From: Octopus bimaculoides | Taxonomy: Eukaryota | DNA length: 34,192 nt | Reading direction: 5' to 3' | NCBI RefSeq assembly: GCF_001194135.2 | Contig: NC_068985.1 | Location: forward strand, 93,928,372-93,962,563 | Shown here: in pieces, positions 1 through 11,224 of the stretch | How the letters are laid out: each line of letters starts with the position of its first letter | Position numbering within the stretch: the stretch's first letter is position 1 | Program-made: the position numbers and the translations under genes | Notes under the pieces: model-generated | Database searches by the model: none | What the model saw: the letters and a program-made list of their open reading frames with translations, nothing else | Told to the model about the DNA's origin: nothing

Positions 1-872
1 TATATATATATATATATATATCTTGGATATTAGTATACTTTTGAGTTGTATAAGCATGTATAGAACATGTGTGTATACGTATGCACTTTATACACGTATT
101 ATGAGCGCAATACTTACATATTTGTATACATATGCGCATATATTCATAGGTATGTAGAAGCATATATTGATATATACCTACACATACTCAATCTATGTAT
201 GCGTGTGGACAATCAACAAAAGAATTCGGAGAGACGCTATCTGGTGTAAAAATCTATAGCACAATGAAAGCAGACAAGAAATTTATAGTTTGTATTGATA
301 ACTTCAGAAATTCTTTGAAGAAATTCAGTAAATTTGGTAAACGTCGGTCATTAGTATATTGAATAGACTAATTAGTAGAGCTTATTTCATTAGTATAATT
401 TGTTAAGAGTCATTGTTATAGCTCATTCTTTGCTGTTTCTTATCAATGCCGGATCTTTTCCAGTTGCTCTTCTCAATAGTATTATTGTTCTTACAAGTAC
501 ACAGTATTCGTATTGTTTACATCCTCCTGCAGATTACGAAACACGCAACACATACATTGACACACAGACAAACACATACGCACACATATATACACGCACG
601 TACGCACACACGCACAGGCGCAGACACAGATACACACACATATACAGGCACGAGCTCACACAGATACATACACAGAAGCGTACGCGCGCGCGAACACAAA
701 CCCACACACTCACATATGCACACAAGCACACACACAAAACGACAACTTATAAAGTTTTATCTCTATGATTTACAAATATATTCTCTCAGTACCGAAGTAT
801 TATAAATCTTAGAGATTGAATAAATAACTTCTGTACTTCTTCATCTTACAGGACATGGGCATACCTGAACTA

Positions 873-875
<3 letters not shown>

Positions 876-949
<74 letters not shown>
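876..949. repeat. (CA)n-(TA)n compound microsatellite abutting an assembly gap
   Basis: Perfect (CA)n 876-930 then (TA)n 931-949; N run starts at 950. Confidence 0.97.
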
Positions 950-1309
950 NNNNNNNNNNNNNNNNNNNNNNNNNNNNNNNNNNNNNNNNNNNNNNNNNNN
1001 NNNNNNNNNNNNNNNNNNNNNNNNNNNNNNNNNNNNNNNNNNNNNNNNNNNNNNNNNNNNNNNNNNNNNNNNNNNNNNNNNNNNNNNNNNNNNNNNNNNN
1101 NNNNNNNNNNNNNNNNNNNNNNNNNNNNNNNNNNNNNNNNNNNNNNNNNNNNNNNNNNNNNNNNNNNNNNNNNNNNNNNNNNNNNNNNNNNNNNNNNNNN
1201 NNNNNNNNNNNNNNNNNNNNNNNNNNNNNNNNNNNNNNNNNNNNNNNNNNNNNNNNNNNNNNNNNNNNNNNNNNNNNNNNNNNNNNNNNNNNNNNNNNNN
1301 NNNNNNNNN
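950..1309. other. assembly gap (360 N)
   Basis: Run of N. Confidence 1.
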
Positions 1310-1771
1310 TGTGTGTGGTGTATATATACTGTTATCCTTTTCCATATCGCAGTTCACCTACTGCGGTTCATGTAGTGCAGTTTATTATTTAAGCATACGT
1401 CGATTCCTCCGTGGTGTTGTTTTGCATTTATAATAAAATAAACATATACAAATTATAAAAATAATAAAAAATAAATAAACAGTTCAGTACTGTTTCTACT
1501 TCGCAGATTTTCACCTATCGCGTGTGTAGGCTAGTGTTTCGGAACGTAATCCCCCGCGATTGTCGAGGGAACTTTCTGATACTGCCTAGTACGTACGTAC
1601 ATACATTCGTAATTAACAACTGTATATTAAGAGTTATGGATAAGCACACCATACGGCAGAAAACGACGACGAAAGCAGCAGAATAAATGTCCTTCAATCA
1701 CCAAATACTGTGTATCAGACGAAAATTCATGCAGCGAACGTGTAGCGAAGGTGTAGCAAAGTTATCGTTGG

Positions 1772-1830
1772 TACCCCAGCATGGCCGCAGCTGTCGGACT
1801 GAAGCTAGTTACAAAGTAAATATTTAAAAA
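1772..1830 (+). mobile_element. 3' tail fragment of the microsatellite-containing SINE (family C)
   Basis: 'accccagcatggccgcagctgtcggactgaagctagttacaaagtaaa' resembles the tail seen at 14029-14075 ('gccccagcatgtctgcggtataatgactaaaacaa'). Confidence 0.55.
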
Positions 1831-2164
1831 CAAATGATAGCGTTATAAAAGTTATAGTTTTCTACATATTATTATATGCCAAACGTCTAATTTACAACCG
1901 AATTCAACACTATTGACCGTTATTGCACTTTCGTTTATCACTTAAGCTCTCGTTATGGCATCGAGACAGACATTTTACGATTTCCTAAGTTTAGAGAAGA
2001 TATTATTATTGCCTGGAGAACAGTAAAGTAAATAGCATAGAAAGTATTTGCATATATTTAAATGTAGAATGAATTCGACTCTACTGTCAATAATGATTTG
2101 ATATTTAGGCCAGCAGTTTTGGTGTTGTAAATCAATTACATTCACCCTACTGTACAACTGTTAC

Positions 2165-2275
2165 CGTTTTATCGGCTCCGAAAGGATGGAAGGCAATTCT
2201 GACTGAGCCGAAATCTGAACTCAGAACATAAAGACGATTGAAATGCCGCTAAGCGTGCTAACGATTAAGCCACCG
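2165..2275 (-). mobile_element. degenerate Nin-domain SINE fragment
   Basis: 'ttttatcggctccgaaaggatggaaggcaa...gaactcagaac...gcgtgctaacg' is the reverse complement of the SINE body at 14312-14460. Confidence 0.7.
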
Positions 2276-2351
2276 CACTGCCTTTTCCACATTTAGTACT
2301 AAATACAGTCTTGCCTTCGACCTTGTCGCATTTGCGCATATATCTGTACCT

Positions 2352-2393
2352 AGAGAGAGAGAGAGAGTGAGAGAGAGAGAGAGAGAGTGAGTG
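2352..2393. repeat. (GA)n microsatellite abutting a gap
   Basis: Direct reading. Confidence 0.95.
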
Positions 2394-3270
2394 NNNNNNN
2401 NNNNNNNNNNNNNNNNNNNNNNNNNNNNNNNNNNNNNNNNNNNNNNNNNNNNNNNNNNNNNNNNNNNNNNNNNNNNNNNNNNNNNNNNNNNNNNNNNNNN
2501 NNNNNNNNNNNNNNNNNNNNNNNNNNNNNNNNNNNNNNNNNNNNNNNNNNNNNNNNNNNNNNNNNNNNNNNNNNNNNNNNNNNNNNNNNNNNNNNNNNNN
2601 NNNNNNNNNNNNNNNNNNNNNNNNNNNNNNNNNNNNNNNNNNNNNNNNNNNNNNNNNNNNNNNNNNNNNNNNNNNNNNNNNNNNNNNNNNNNNNNNNNNN
2701 NNNNNNNNNNNNNNNNNNNNNNNNNNNNNNNNNNNNNNNNNNNNNNNNNNNNNNNNNNNNNNNNNNNNNNNNNNNNNNNNNNNNNNNNNNNNNNNNNNNN
2801 NNNNNNNNNNNNNNNNNNNNNNNNNNNNNNNNNNNNNNNNNNNNNNNNNNNNNNNNNNNNNNNNNNNNNNNNNNNNNNNNNNNNNNNNNNNNNNNNNNNN
2901 NNNNNNNNNNNNNNNNNNNNNNNNNNNNNNNNNNNNNNNNNNNNNNNNNNNNNNNNNNNNNNNNNNNNNNNNNNNNNNNNNNNNNNNNNNNNNNNNNNNN
3001 NNNNNNNNNNNNNNNNNNNNNNNNNNNNNNNNNNNNNNNNNNNNNNNNNNNNNNNNNNNNNNNNNNNNNNNNNNNNNNNNNNNNNNNNNNNNNNNNNNNN
3101 NNNNNNNNNNNNNNNNNNNNNNNNNNNNNNNNNNNNNNNNNNNNNNNNNNNNNNNNNNNNNNNNNNNNNNNNNNNNNNNNNNNNNNNNNNNNNNNNNNNN
3201 NNNNNNNNNNNNNNNNNNNNNNNNNNNNNNNNNNNNNNNNNNNNNNNNNNNNNNNNNNNNNNNNNNNNNN
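2394..3270. other. assembly gap (877 N)
   Basis: Run of N. Confidence 1.
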
Positions 3271-3291
3271 CTCTATCTTCCTGTTTCTTTT

Positions 3292-3474
3292 GTACCTGTA
3301 TTTCAAAGTGCCAGCCTTGTCGCACTCTGTGTCACGCTGAATCTCTCCCGAGAACTACGTTCAGGGTACACGTGTCTGTAGAGTGCTCAGCCACTTGCAT
3401 GTTAATTTCACGAGCAGGCTGTTTCGTTGATCGGATCAACTGGAACCCTCGTCGTCGTAACCGACGGAGTGCCA
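3292..3474 (+). mobile_element. 3' half of SINE family D
   Basis: Starts 'ctgtatttcaaagtgccagccttgtcgcactctgtgtcacgctga', similar to 6263-6306, which follows a tRNA-like head. Ends 'gaaccctcgtcgtcgtaaccgacggagtgcca'. Confidence 0.65.
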
Positions 3475-4621
3475 ACCAATGTCTGATACATCTGTATGCG
3501 TGTATGTGAGCGTCAATGAGTGTTAGTAGTGTGCGTGTGTGTGATCGTGTGGGTGTATACATGTGTCTTCTGGATTCCTTCGTCTGTTTCTCCTTTATAA
3601 GTGTGTGCTTTTCTTCTATTTGCAATCATTTTAGTTATTGTTGCGTTCTATTTGTAGAAGCGTGATTACTATATTAGGTATATAATGCGTACGTACAATG
3701 ATAACAGAATTCATTTATTTGTTTTTTACTTTACCTATTCCAATAGGAATTAAACTCATTAATGAAATTCCAAAGAATCATTAAAGTTTAATTTTTTCTG
3801 AAAATTTTGTAAAATTTGTAATCAGGAGAATCGCTTTTATTCCACAATCCACTAGCAATATTATTCAGATCGTGGTGTTAGTTAGCGTGATCAAGACATA
3901 GTTATAGAATAACAAAACCATTCACATTTGTTTTCGAATAAGAAAACATTATAATTGGAAAGACAGGAAAATGTCATGGGTTATTGATTATGAATCGAAG
4001 AATATATCAATTGTAGAGACTAGGAAAACTGAATAGATGAATGGTGTTGTACATTTCCTGGTGTTTTATTGAAGAAATATAATTTAGTGCTTACGCATAT
4101 TTCAATGTTTATGTATATTTTTTTTCCTTTTGTATGATGACATTGTTCCTCTTTAACCGTTTAAGCAACGGTCGGGAGTGACGATTCTACAAGTGTTCCG
4201 CTTCTAAAATGTGGTTTATGTATCGCATAGACTGCGTTCGTTTCTAAATACACATGAAAACACATACGCACACACAAACACACACACGAAAAAACATCTG
4301 CATATATGTACAAAGATCACATATTGACATACGCACACATACTCACACAACAATCAACAAAACCACCTGTATCATGTGATTTTTATTTGAAACTTTGTAA
4401 ACTTCTAGAATGTATATCATGAACGATTAATTTAATTTAATTCGATTCAATTTATCTTTTATTTGAGCATGAAGAAATCGTGTCACTAAATAATTGAAAC
4501 CGATAACATACCTTGATAACACGAGCATTACCTTTATAATCGATGATAAATTCTTAAAAAAGTCTCTTCAAATTTTCTTGATATAAATTTAGTTGTGTGT
4601 AACCCCCTTAAATTCATGAAC

Positions 4622-5214
4622 NNNNNNNNNNNNNNNNNNNNNNNNNNNNNNNNNNNNNNNNNNNNNNNNNNNNNNNNNNNNNNNNNNNNNNNNNNNNNNN
4701 NNNNNNNNNNNNNNNNNNNNNNNNNNNNNNNNNNNNNNNNNNNNNNNNNNNNNNNNNNNNNNNNNNNNNNNNNNNNNNNNNNNNNNNNNNNNNNNNNNNN
4801 NNNNNNNNNNNNNNNNNNNNNNNNNNNNNNNNNNNNNNNNNNNNNNNNNNNNNNNNNNNNNNNNNNNNNNNNNNNNNNNNNNNNNNNNNNNNNNNNNNNN
4901 NNNNNNNNNNNNNNNNNNNNNNNNNNNNNNNNNNNNNNNNNNNNNNNNNNNNNNNNNNNNNNNNNNNNNNNNNNNNNNNNNNNNNNNNNNNNNNNNNNNN
5001 NNNNNNNNNNNNNNNNNNNNNNNNNNNNNNNNNNNNNNNNNNNNNNNNNNNNNNNNNNNNNNNNNNNNNNNNNNNNNNNNNNNNNNNNNNNNNNNNNNNN
5101 NNNNNNNNNNNNNNNNNNNNNNNNNNNNNNNNNNNNNNNNNNNNNNNNNNNNNNNNNNNNNNNNNNNNNNNNNNNNNNNNNNNNNNNNNNNNNNNNNNNN
5201 NNNNNNNNNNNNNN
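4622..5214. other. assembly gap (593 N)
   Basis: Run of N. Confidence 1.
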
Positions 5215-5534
5215 TATATATATATTCATAGATACACACATACATGTATATATGCACATATATATATATATCATTAAAGTTAGTGAGAAGAGAGAGAATT
5301 GTGTTAGAGAGAGAAACATGTGCTGGAAGAATGAGATAGCAAGTAACGTGGCTGTCAAAGACTTCCTTTAGGCTGGTTATTGTCGAGTTTCTTAGATAAA
5401 GTCATTTGAAATACACTGAAAATGAAATTGCTAAACCTGCAAAACTAAATATTTAAATAAAACAATAAAATATATTTCATCCATAAAAACAAAACGAAAC
5501 AAACAGTTTTTTCTTGTTTTTGCTGTGGTTGTTG

Positions 5535-5600
5535 TTATTTTTATTATCATTATTATTATTATCATTATTATCATCATCATCATCACCATCGATATTATTT
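5535..5600. repeat. (TTA)n/(TCA)n imperfect trinucleotide repeat
   Basis: Direct reading. Confidence 0.85.
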
Positions 5601-6134
5601 ATATATGATCATTATTAATGGAGAAATAGTGAGTAAAAATAAAATATCTGAATTTATTTTAGTTTTTCTTTCCCTGATGGTGAAGATTAAGTTTACAATT
5701 TTCTTGTGTGTTTTTTTCTTTGTTACTGTCAGTTTCTTCTGTATTTGTTGCTGTTTGTTCAGAGAAAGAAATGTGTTTCCCTCTGGAGATTAAATCAATG
5801 TATGCCTATCATTATGATAATAATTCACTGTCTAATGCAGAGCTGTGTTAGCATGTAGCTTGCGGCTGTATGATCATATGATAAAAGCAATAACTGTACT
5901 TAGTTCACATACAAGTGAGAGCTTTATTAATGAGAAATATTTACAGTAAAGCTGAACTTGCAGTTTTGAGTTCGCTTTTTTTTTTAATAAAAATAGTTAA
6001 CTAATTATTAATATGGCGGCTGTTTAGTAGTCGTTACACATCAGAATGCTGTTATTGGTGGTAGCAAAGATATTACTGAAAATATTGAATACTGATAAAG
6101 TTAACAGTCATCTTTACTTGCTTATATAGTGAAG

Positions 6135-6310
6135 GGGTGTAACTTTGTGGTTAGGGCACGTGTCTGGTAGTGAGTTCGATTCCCCGCCGCGCGTTTTGCC
6201 CTTGAGCAAGCTGCTTTATTTCACGTTATCCCAGTCCACTCAGCGAACAAAATTGAAACTGTCTGTAATTCAAAGGGTGAACCTTCTCAGATTTTGTGTC
6301 ACATTGATCA
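6135..6310 (+). mobile_element. 5' part of tRNA-derived SINE family D
   Basis: A-box-like 'tgtggttaggg', B-box 'gagttcgattcc', CORE/V-like 'cccttgagcaag', then 'ttatttcacgttatcccagtccactcagc'. A related copy lies at 25801-25940. Confidence 0.7.
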
Positions 6311-6319
6311 ATAACAAAA

Positions 6320-6530
6320 GCAATGGTAACAGAAACTATAACAATAGTTTTAACGACAACACCACCATAAGCAACAACGGTAGCAGCAGCAACAATGAAA
6401 ACATCAGCAACTGCATCGATATCAGTGAGAGTAGCAAAAACTTCCAAAGCAACAACAAAAATCACAAAGAACGCAGCGACGGCAAGAATAACAAAAATGG
6501 CAGCAGCATGTAGAATAGCGACAACAACAA
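6320..6530. repeat. degenerate (AAC/AGC)n low-complexity tract
   Basis: Runs of aacaac/agcagc/acgac; explains the Asn/Thr-rich ORFs 6145-6513 and 6395-6616. Confidence 0.8.
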
Positions 6531-6911
6531 AGTGGAGGGAAGGACTCCATGGAAAGGCACCCTATTGTAGCTACGGTAGTGAAATGTACGCAAATATTTT
6601 CGTTCTCTCTCAGTGATACTGAGGAACACCTGACACAGGCAAAACAACCGGTGAAAGTAAATTCAAGGAGAACCCAAGTTGCTATCGCAGCCAAAACTTT
6701 GACAGCAACTACTCTTAATTGACCACTGTATTGCTTTGTGTCAGCAAAAAACCCGACGCCTAGAAGTAGTAACGCATTCAATTGGAGAGGGCTTTCAAAG
6801 AAGACATATGAGCAGATAAAGAACATGTACCCAGTGCAGGGAGAAATTGGTCACATGGAATTCCTCTATAAATTCTAAACCCCTGCGCTGAAGAACTCCA
6901 TGTCTTCCATG

Positions 6912-6975
6912 TGAACTGAACCAGGAACCATGTGGTTGGGAAGCAAGTTTCTTAGCACAGAACCAGGTGTGCGCC
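6912..6975 (-). mobile_element. tRNA head only of SINE family C
   Basis: Reverse complement 'ggcgcacacctggttctgtgctaagaaacttgcttcccaaccacatggttcctggttcagttcac' matches the heads ending at 9775 and 16652. Confidence 0.75.
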
Positions 6976-7929
6976 TAATGTAAATGAAATAAACATATAA
7001 GTTCCCTGGAGAATCCTTTCTCGAATTCGGGAGCTGAAACGGCCAGTTACTCGATTTGCAAGCCCGAAATCCCCAACATCCCTCATGAACGAGACGGCGG
7101 TGCATCGCATGGTTAATCATTTGCGGCTGAGTTTACTGGAGCAACGTGAAACGAAGAGTATTGCTGAAGAACACAATGCACCACCTGGTTTGGAAATAGA
7201 ATCCACAATCTCCCGATCGCGCGTGATGTGAATGAAATTAAGTAAGAAAAAATATATGTTCGGTTGTTATGGAGGCAACAGGCGTGAAGTATTAAATTAA
7301 ATGAAAAACGCTTCGAAAAAAACAAATGTTTTATACACGTGATGTAAAATGCAAAGATAAATTATATTAGACATGCAATGTCCATAAAACATACTAATAT
7401 AGTTTTTTAGTATTTATTTTTTGAATACGTGACATTAGGTTTAGAATATTACATTAACCTCAAGGTTATCAAAAGTTTCACCGTGAATATGAGAGAAAGT
7501 TTAGCAGCCTTCTCCTAAAGACATGAAACTTATACTGCCTCTGTGGGAAGAAGTGTCGCTTCTGTTAGGTGTTTAACGTGACATTTGTGATATTGCATTA
7601 CAGCTACAAGTGGAAGTTTGTTGCTATAAGGAAGAAATAAATATCTTTATATAGAATCGTAACAAATTCGATTTGATGTTGACTTAGTCTGCAGCTGTTG
7701 ACCTTTTAAATTTAACACTGAACAGACAATAGAAAATGTAGTTAATATTAGCAAGACATACCTACTTGTATGAGTTGTTACTTAGACTACATATATTGGT
7801 CTTTGGTGCAATACTAATTAGATGCGAGAAGTAAAGGTGATAAAATCATTATCACTATAACATTATGATATATTTATCCATAAACGAGATCACTATCAAT
7901 GCATTTAACTAGAAATTTTAAAGAGTTGT

Positions 7930-8100
7930 GAAGGTGCGTGGATTAGTGGCAAAGGTGTAATGCGTAAGACCGTATTTTCGATATCTGAACCAAATGGTGC
8001 GTTGTGTTCTGGTGTGAAACATTTCATTCCAAGCTGCTTCTGTCTGCTCACCTGAAAACTAATAACCCTGCAACGGACTGCCAGCTAGTTCAGAGTACAT
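7930..8100 (+). mobile_element. highly degenerate tRNA-derived SINE
   Basis: 'ggtgcgtggattagtgg' head-like start, 'gcgttgtgttctg' core similar to 25880-25890, 'taaccctgcaacggactg' tail-like motif. Confidence 0.4.
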
Positions 8101-8454
8101 ACTTTGATCTCAGTCACGTAAATACCATGAGAACTGGGTCACCAACGTAATAAGTCCTGGGACTCGAAACAGTATTTACATTTTTGAAAATGGTACTTAA
8201 CGACACACACTAAGGAATCTCTAAGCATCTCTTATCCTCTTTATAAAGACTAATGCAATGAATATTGGAATCCTTGAATTAAAGAAATATGATGGAAGAG
8301 AATTGGTAGAAACTCTTTGATCGTTGGTCTGCTTCATGCAGGCAAACCCAAGGCCAGAGCGTATGAAACAAAGACTTGTACAAAATAAAAATGTGGCACG
8401 TCTCCATAATGATTTCAAATTTTGGTAAAATGTCACCAATTTTAGAGAGAGCAG

Positions 8455-8810
8455 GATGACTCGAGTGCGCCGACCCTTTTGCTGAACTGATATTAATTTA
8501 TCGACCCCAAAAAGATGAAAGGCAATGTTGACCTCGGTAGTAATTGATGTGAGAATGTGAAAGGCCGGAAGAAATATCGTGTAATACTGTCTGGCACCAT
8601 AATGGTTCAGTCAGCTTGTCGCTTTAATGTTTTTAAATTCTGTTAATGAAGCCAGTAAATCGATTCAACTGGTACTTATTTCATCGACTCCAAAAGGATG
8701 AAAGCCAAAGTAAAAAAAAAAAGAAAACGGAATCTGAATCCAAAGCATAAGATACTAGAATAAATGCTACTATGTTGTCCGGCATGCTAACAATCCTACC
8801 AGCTCGCTAA
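8455..8810 (-). mobile_element. two degenerate Nin-domain SINE copies in tandem
   Basis: 'ttaatttatcgaccccaaaaagatgaaaggcaatgttgacctcgg' (about 8495-8538) and 'actggtacttatttcatcgactccaaaaggatgaaagccaaag' (about 8669-8711), both reverse complements of the Nin core; head remnants at about 8620 and 8800. Confidence 0.7.
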
Positions 8811-9075
8811 GTCATGTCGACATCTTGATAATATGCTCTAAATGATTTTGTAGTGTTTCATTGCCTGATGGTTCTGAGCTATGTTGCTCCTTCGCGCTTG
8901 TGTCGCTCGTAAATGGTCATTACATCACTTTATTGATTGATTCGAACACCATATCAATGGAAGATATAAGTCAAATACATTATTTACATTATTTACATTT
9001 GACGGAAATTTGTCCTCATCTTCCTTGTTGTTTCATCAAATGTCCTGGAGTTCTAATTCCTAAGGTATTTTTCGA

Positions 9076-9077
<2 letters not shown>

Positions 9078-9134
<57 letters not shown>

Positions 9135-9205
9135 TCACTGGCTGAAATCGAACTAGGAATATTGGGGTTAGTAGCCCGCGCTCTTAATCACTACTCCTTA
9201 TGCCC
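9078..9205 (-). mobile_element. minimal tRNA-derived SINE with (AAT)n tail
   Basis: Reverse complement of 9131-9205 is 'gggcataaggagtagtgattaagagcgcgggctactaaccccaatattcctagttcgatttcagccagtgacctg': A-box-like, anticodon-like loop CT-ACT-AA, B-box 'agttcgatt'. It is followed by (AAT)n at 9078-9130. Confidence 0.75.
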
Positions 9206-9240
9206 AAGTTCGATTCCAGGCAGCGACCTGAATCATAATA
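9206..9240 (+). mobile_element. opposite-strand B-box/3' fragment of the same tRNA-derived element
   Basis: 'aagttcgattccaggcagcgacctgaatcataata' matches the reverse complement of 9127-9154 at 24/28 positions; runs into a gap. Confidence 0.75.
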
Positions 9241-9563
9241 NNNNNNNNNNNNNNNNNNNNNNNNNNNNNNNNNNNNNNNNNNNNNNNNNNNNNNNNNNNN
9301 NNNNNNNNNNNNNNNNNNNNNNNNNNNNNNNNNNNNNNNNNNNNNNNNNNNNNNNNNNNNNNNNNNNNNNNNNNNNNNNNNNNNNNNNNNNNNNNNNNNN
9401 NNNNNNNNNNNNNNNNNNNNNNNNNNNNNNNNNNNNNNNNNNNNNNNNNNNNNNNNNNNNNNNNNNNNNNNNNNNNNNNNNNNNNNNNNNNNNNNNNNNN
9501 NNNNNNNNNNNNNNNNNNNNNNNNNNNNNNNNNNNNNNNNNNNNNNNNNNNNNNNNNNNNNNN
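9241..9563. other. assembly gap (323 N)
   Basis: Run of N. Confidence 1.
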
Positions 9564-9600
<37 letters not shown>

Positions 9601-9607
9601 CACACAC

Positions 9608-9775
9608 ACGAATGGGAGTTAGGCTTCCTTACAATTCCTGTCTTCCAAATCACTCACAAGGCTTTGCTCAGTCTGGGTTTATGGTAGAAATTACTTGCCC
9701 AAGATGTGGTGAGACTAAAGCCGAAGCCATGTATTCGGTAAAGAAACTTTTCAACCACACAACCACGTCTGCGCC
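9608..9775 (-). mobile_element. SINE family C head and core; the tail is probably lost in the gap
   Basis: 'ccaaatcactcacaaggctttg...acttgcccaag...accacacaaccacgtctgcgcc' matches 16490-16652; it leads into (AT)n 9564-9600. Confidence 0.75.
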
Positions 9776-10069
9776 TATCAATAAAACTTATTGCGTGTCT
9801 AATTTCATTTCTGTTCACTAAAGATTAATTATCTTATCCACTTGGCTAGGGAAAATATTCAATGTTGAATTAAGTTATCTAATAAGATGTCACATAATTA
9901 TTTCTGGATGGAAGAATCCATTTAAAATCAATTTTATATCTACAAATTTTCGCTTGATAAGTATATCTCTTGAAGCCTAAATATAAAAGGAAAACAGGTG
10001 CTATCTTTCCAAAAATTTGTGTATAACTATATAATGTCTTTTGATTTAGATACGATATTCATAATTTAG

Positions 10070-10170
10070 TTAGTGGGTATCATCGGGAATAATACTTCGC
10101 TGGTAGATTATTTTATCTGCCATGAAAGAGTAAAAAGCAGCGTTGACTTCGACAAAATTCGAACTCAGAA
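10070..10170 (-). mobile_element. degenerate Nin-domain SINE fragment
   Basis: 'ttattttatctgccatgaaagagtaaaaagcagcgttgacttcgacaaaattcgaactcagaa'. Confidence 0.5.
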
Positions 10171-10185
10171 GAGAAACAGCATATG

Positions 10186-10806
10186 TTTTTCAGGCTTGCC
10201 GAGAAGATACCAGCTTCTCGGTTCACCTCTACGGTTCTACCTGAAAGAGTAAAAGACTGGGAGTTGAAAGTCGACTGATGAAGCAGCCGAAGTTCCCAGA
10301 AACGTATGACTCAACATCAGTATGGTCAGACATGATGCTGATCTCAGGAGCATCCAAGAAGAGTGTTCTGTTAGAACTCTCCGTTGTCTGGGATTTTCGT
10401 ACTGAGGACGCAAACGAGGAAAAAAGGAAGAAATATATTGGGAAATGGAAATATGCCAAAGAAATGCGGCTCAAGAAAATTATGATGCTGGTGCAGTTGG
10501 ATGCAGAGGATTTGCAGGCGAGACCCTCAGCATCTCGCCGCATCCAGAGCTTGCAACATGCTTGGCATCACAGACACCAGTAAGCAGAATGCAATCGGGC
10601 TGACTGTGGATGTAACAAAAATTGCCTCAAAGTGGCTGCGGGATCAGGAGGTGTAAGCCCCGGAAGGGAAGTGCTATGAAGGCTAGTGCCAGCTGGGTTC
10701 AATCTGGGACTTTACCAATCTGGAATGGGTCAGCTAATTTAGGTTGTCTCATGTTAAAAGGGAACATCACTAAAGATGTGTCCATGTGCATCGCAAGATT
10801 ATGTAT
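10186..10806 (+). mobile_element. 5'-truncated, frameshifted HERO-like non-LTR retrotransposon: restriction-like endonuclease domain plus 3' UTR
   Basis: Spliced frames read FFRLAEK...VKDWELKVD(L)MKQPKFPE...SDMMLISGASKKSVLLELSVVWDFRTEDANEEKRKKY...AVGCRGFAGETL...CNMLGITDTSKQNAI...IASKWL, with a stop at 10654-10656. This follows the HERO pattern DWxLxVDLxxQLxFP...RPD...LELTVPWE...ERKxxKY...EVGCRGF...LGI...ASxWLW. The 3' end 'catcactaaagatgtgtcc' resembles HERO termini as I recall them. Confidence 0.85.
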
Positions 10807-10888
10807 GGGAAAATATTAGCATAATACATACAAGTTTTTTGTTGTATTTATTTTAATACCAAATATTTATTATATTACATTAATAAAA

Positions 10889-11097
10889 GGTGGTGAGCTG
10901 GCAGAAACGTTAGCACGTCGGGTGAAATGCTTAGCGGTGCTTCGTCTGTCTTCATGTTCTGAGTTCAAATTCCGAGGTTGACTTTGCCTTTCATCCTTTC
11001 TGGGTCGATAAATTAAGTACCACTTGCATACTGGGGTCGATCTAATCGAATGGCTCTCCCCACTAAAATTTCGAGCTTTGTGCCTAGAGTAGAAAAG
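10889..11097 (+). mobile_element. full-length Nin/Deu-domain tRNA-SINE, type-A tail
   Basis: Head 'ggtggtgagctggcagaaacgttagc', B-box 'gagttcaaattcc', Nin core 'gcctttcatcctttctgggtcgataaattaagtacc', tail 'tgtgcctagagtagaaaag'. Imperfect TSD 'acattaataa'/'acattattaa'. Confidence 0.9.
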
Positions 11098-11224
11098 TAT
11101 AAAACATTATTAAGGAAAAGATAAAATATTCCTTCGTTCTTCCGTTTATTTAAATTCTTATTTATCATCAAAAGGTTTAACACATCAGTCAATGTTACAC
11201 TCTCTTTCATTTCTTACTAACATT

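Noticed and set aside
67-805. Several 60-122 aa His/Thr/Tyr/Cys/Val-rich ORFs
   Set aside because: Translations of degenerate (CA)/(TA)/(TG) low-complexity DNA; open in many frames on both strands.
3720-4080. Possible NUMT or decayed membrane-protein gene (hydrophobic minus-strand frames with TGA)
   Set aside because: Stops remain even under the invertebrate mitochondrial code and no mitochondrial protein motif is recognisable; more likely an unclassified repeat.
809-5371. Long ORFs of 180-370 aa in the ORF track
   Set aside because: They are mostly X because they span N gaps; artefacts.
6145-6826. Asn-rich 122-aa ORF and Cys-rich 134-aa antisense ORF; strong acceptor at 6613
   Set aside because: The ORFs consist of a SINE plus an (AAC/AGC) tract. 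Downstream of the acceptor two frames stop at once and the third has no recognisable homology or strong donor.
9131-9205. Functional tRNA gene
   Set aside because: Acceptor stem does not pair, A-box is degenerate, and an (AAT)n tail is attached; this is a SINE or pseudogene.
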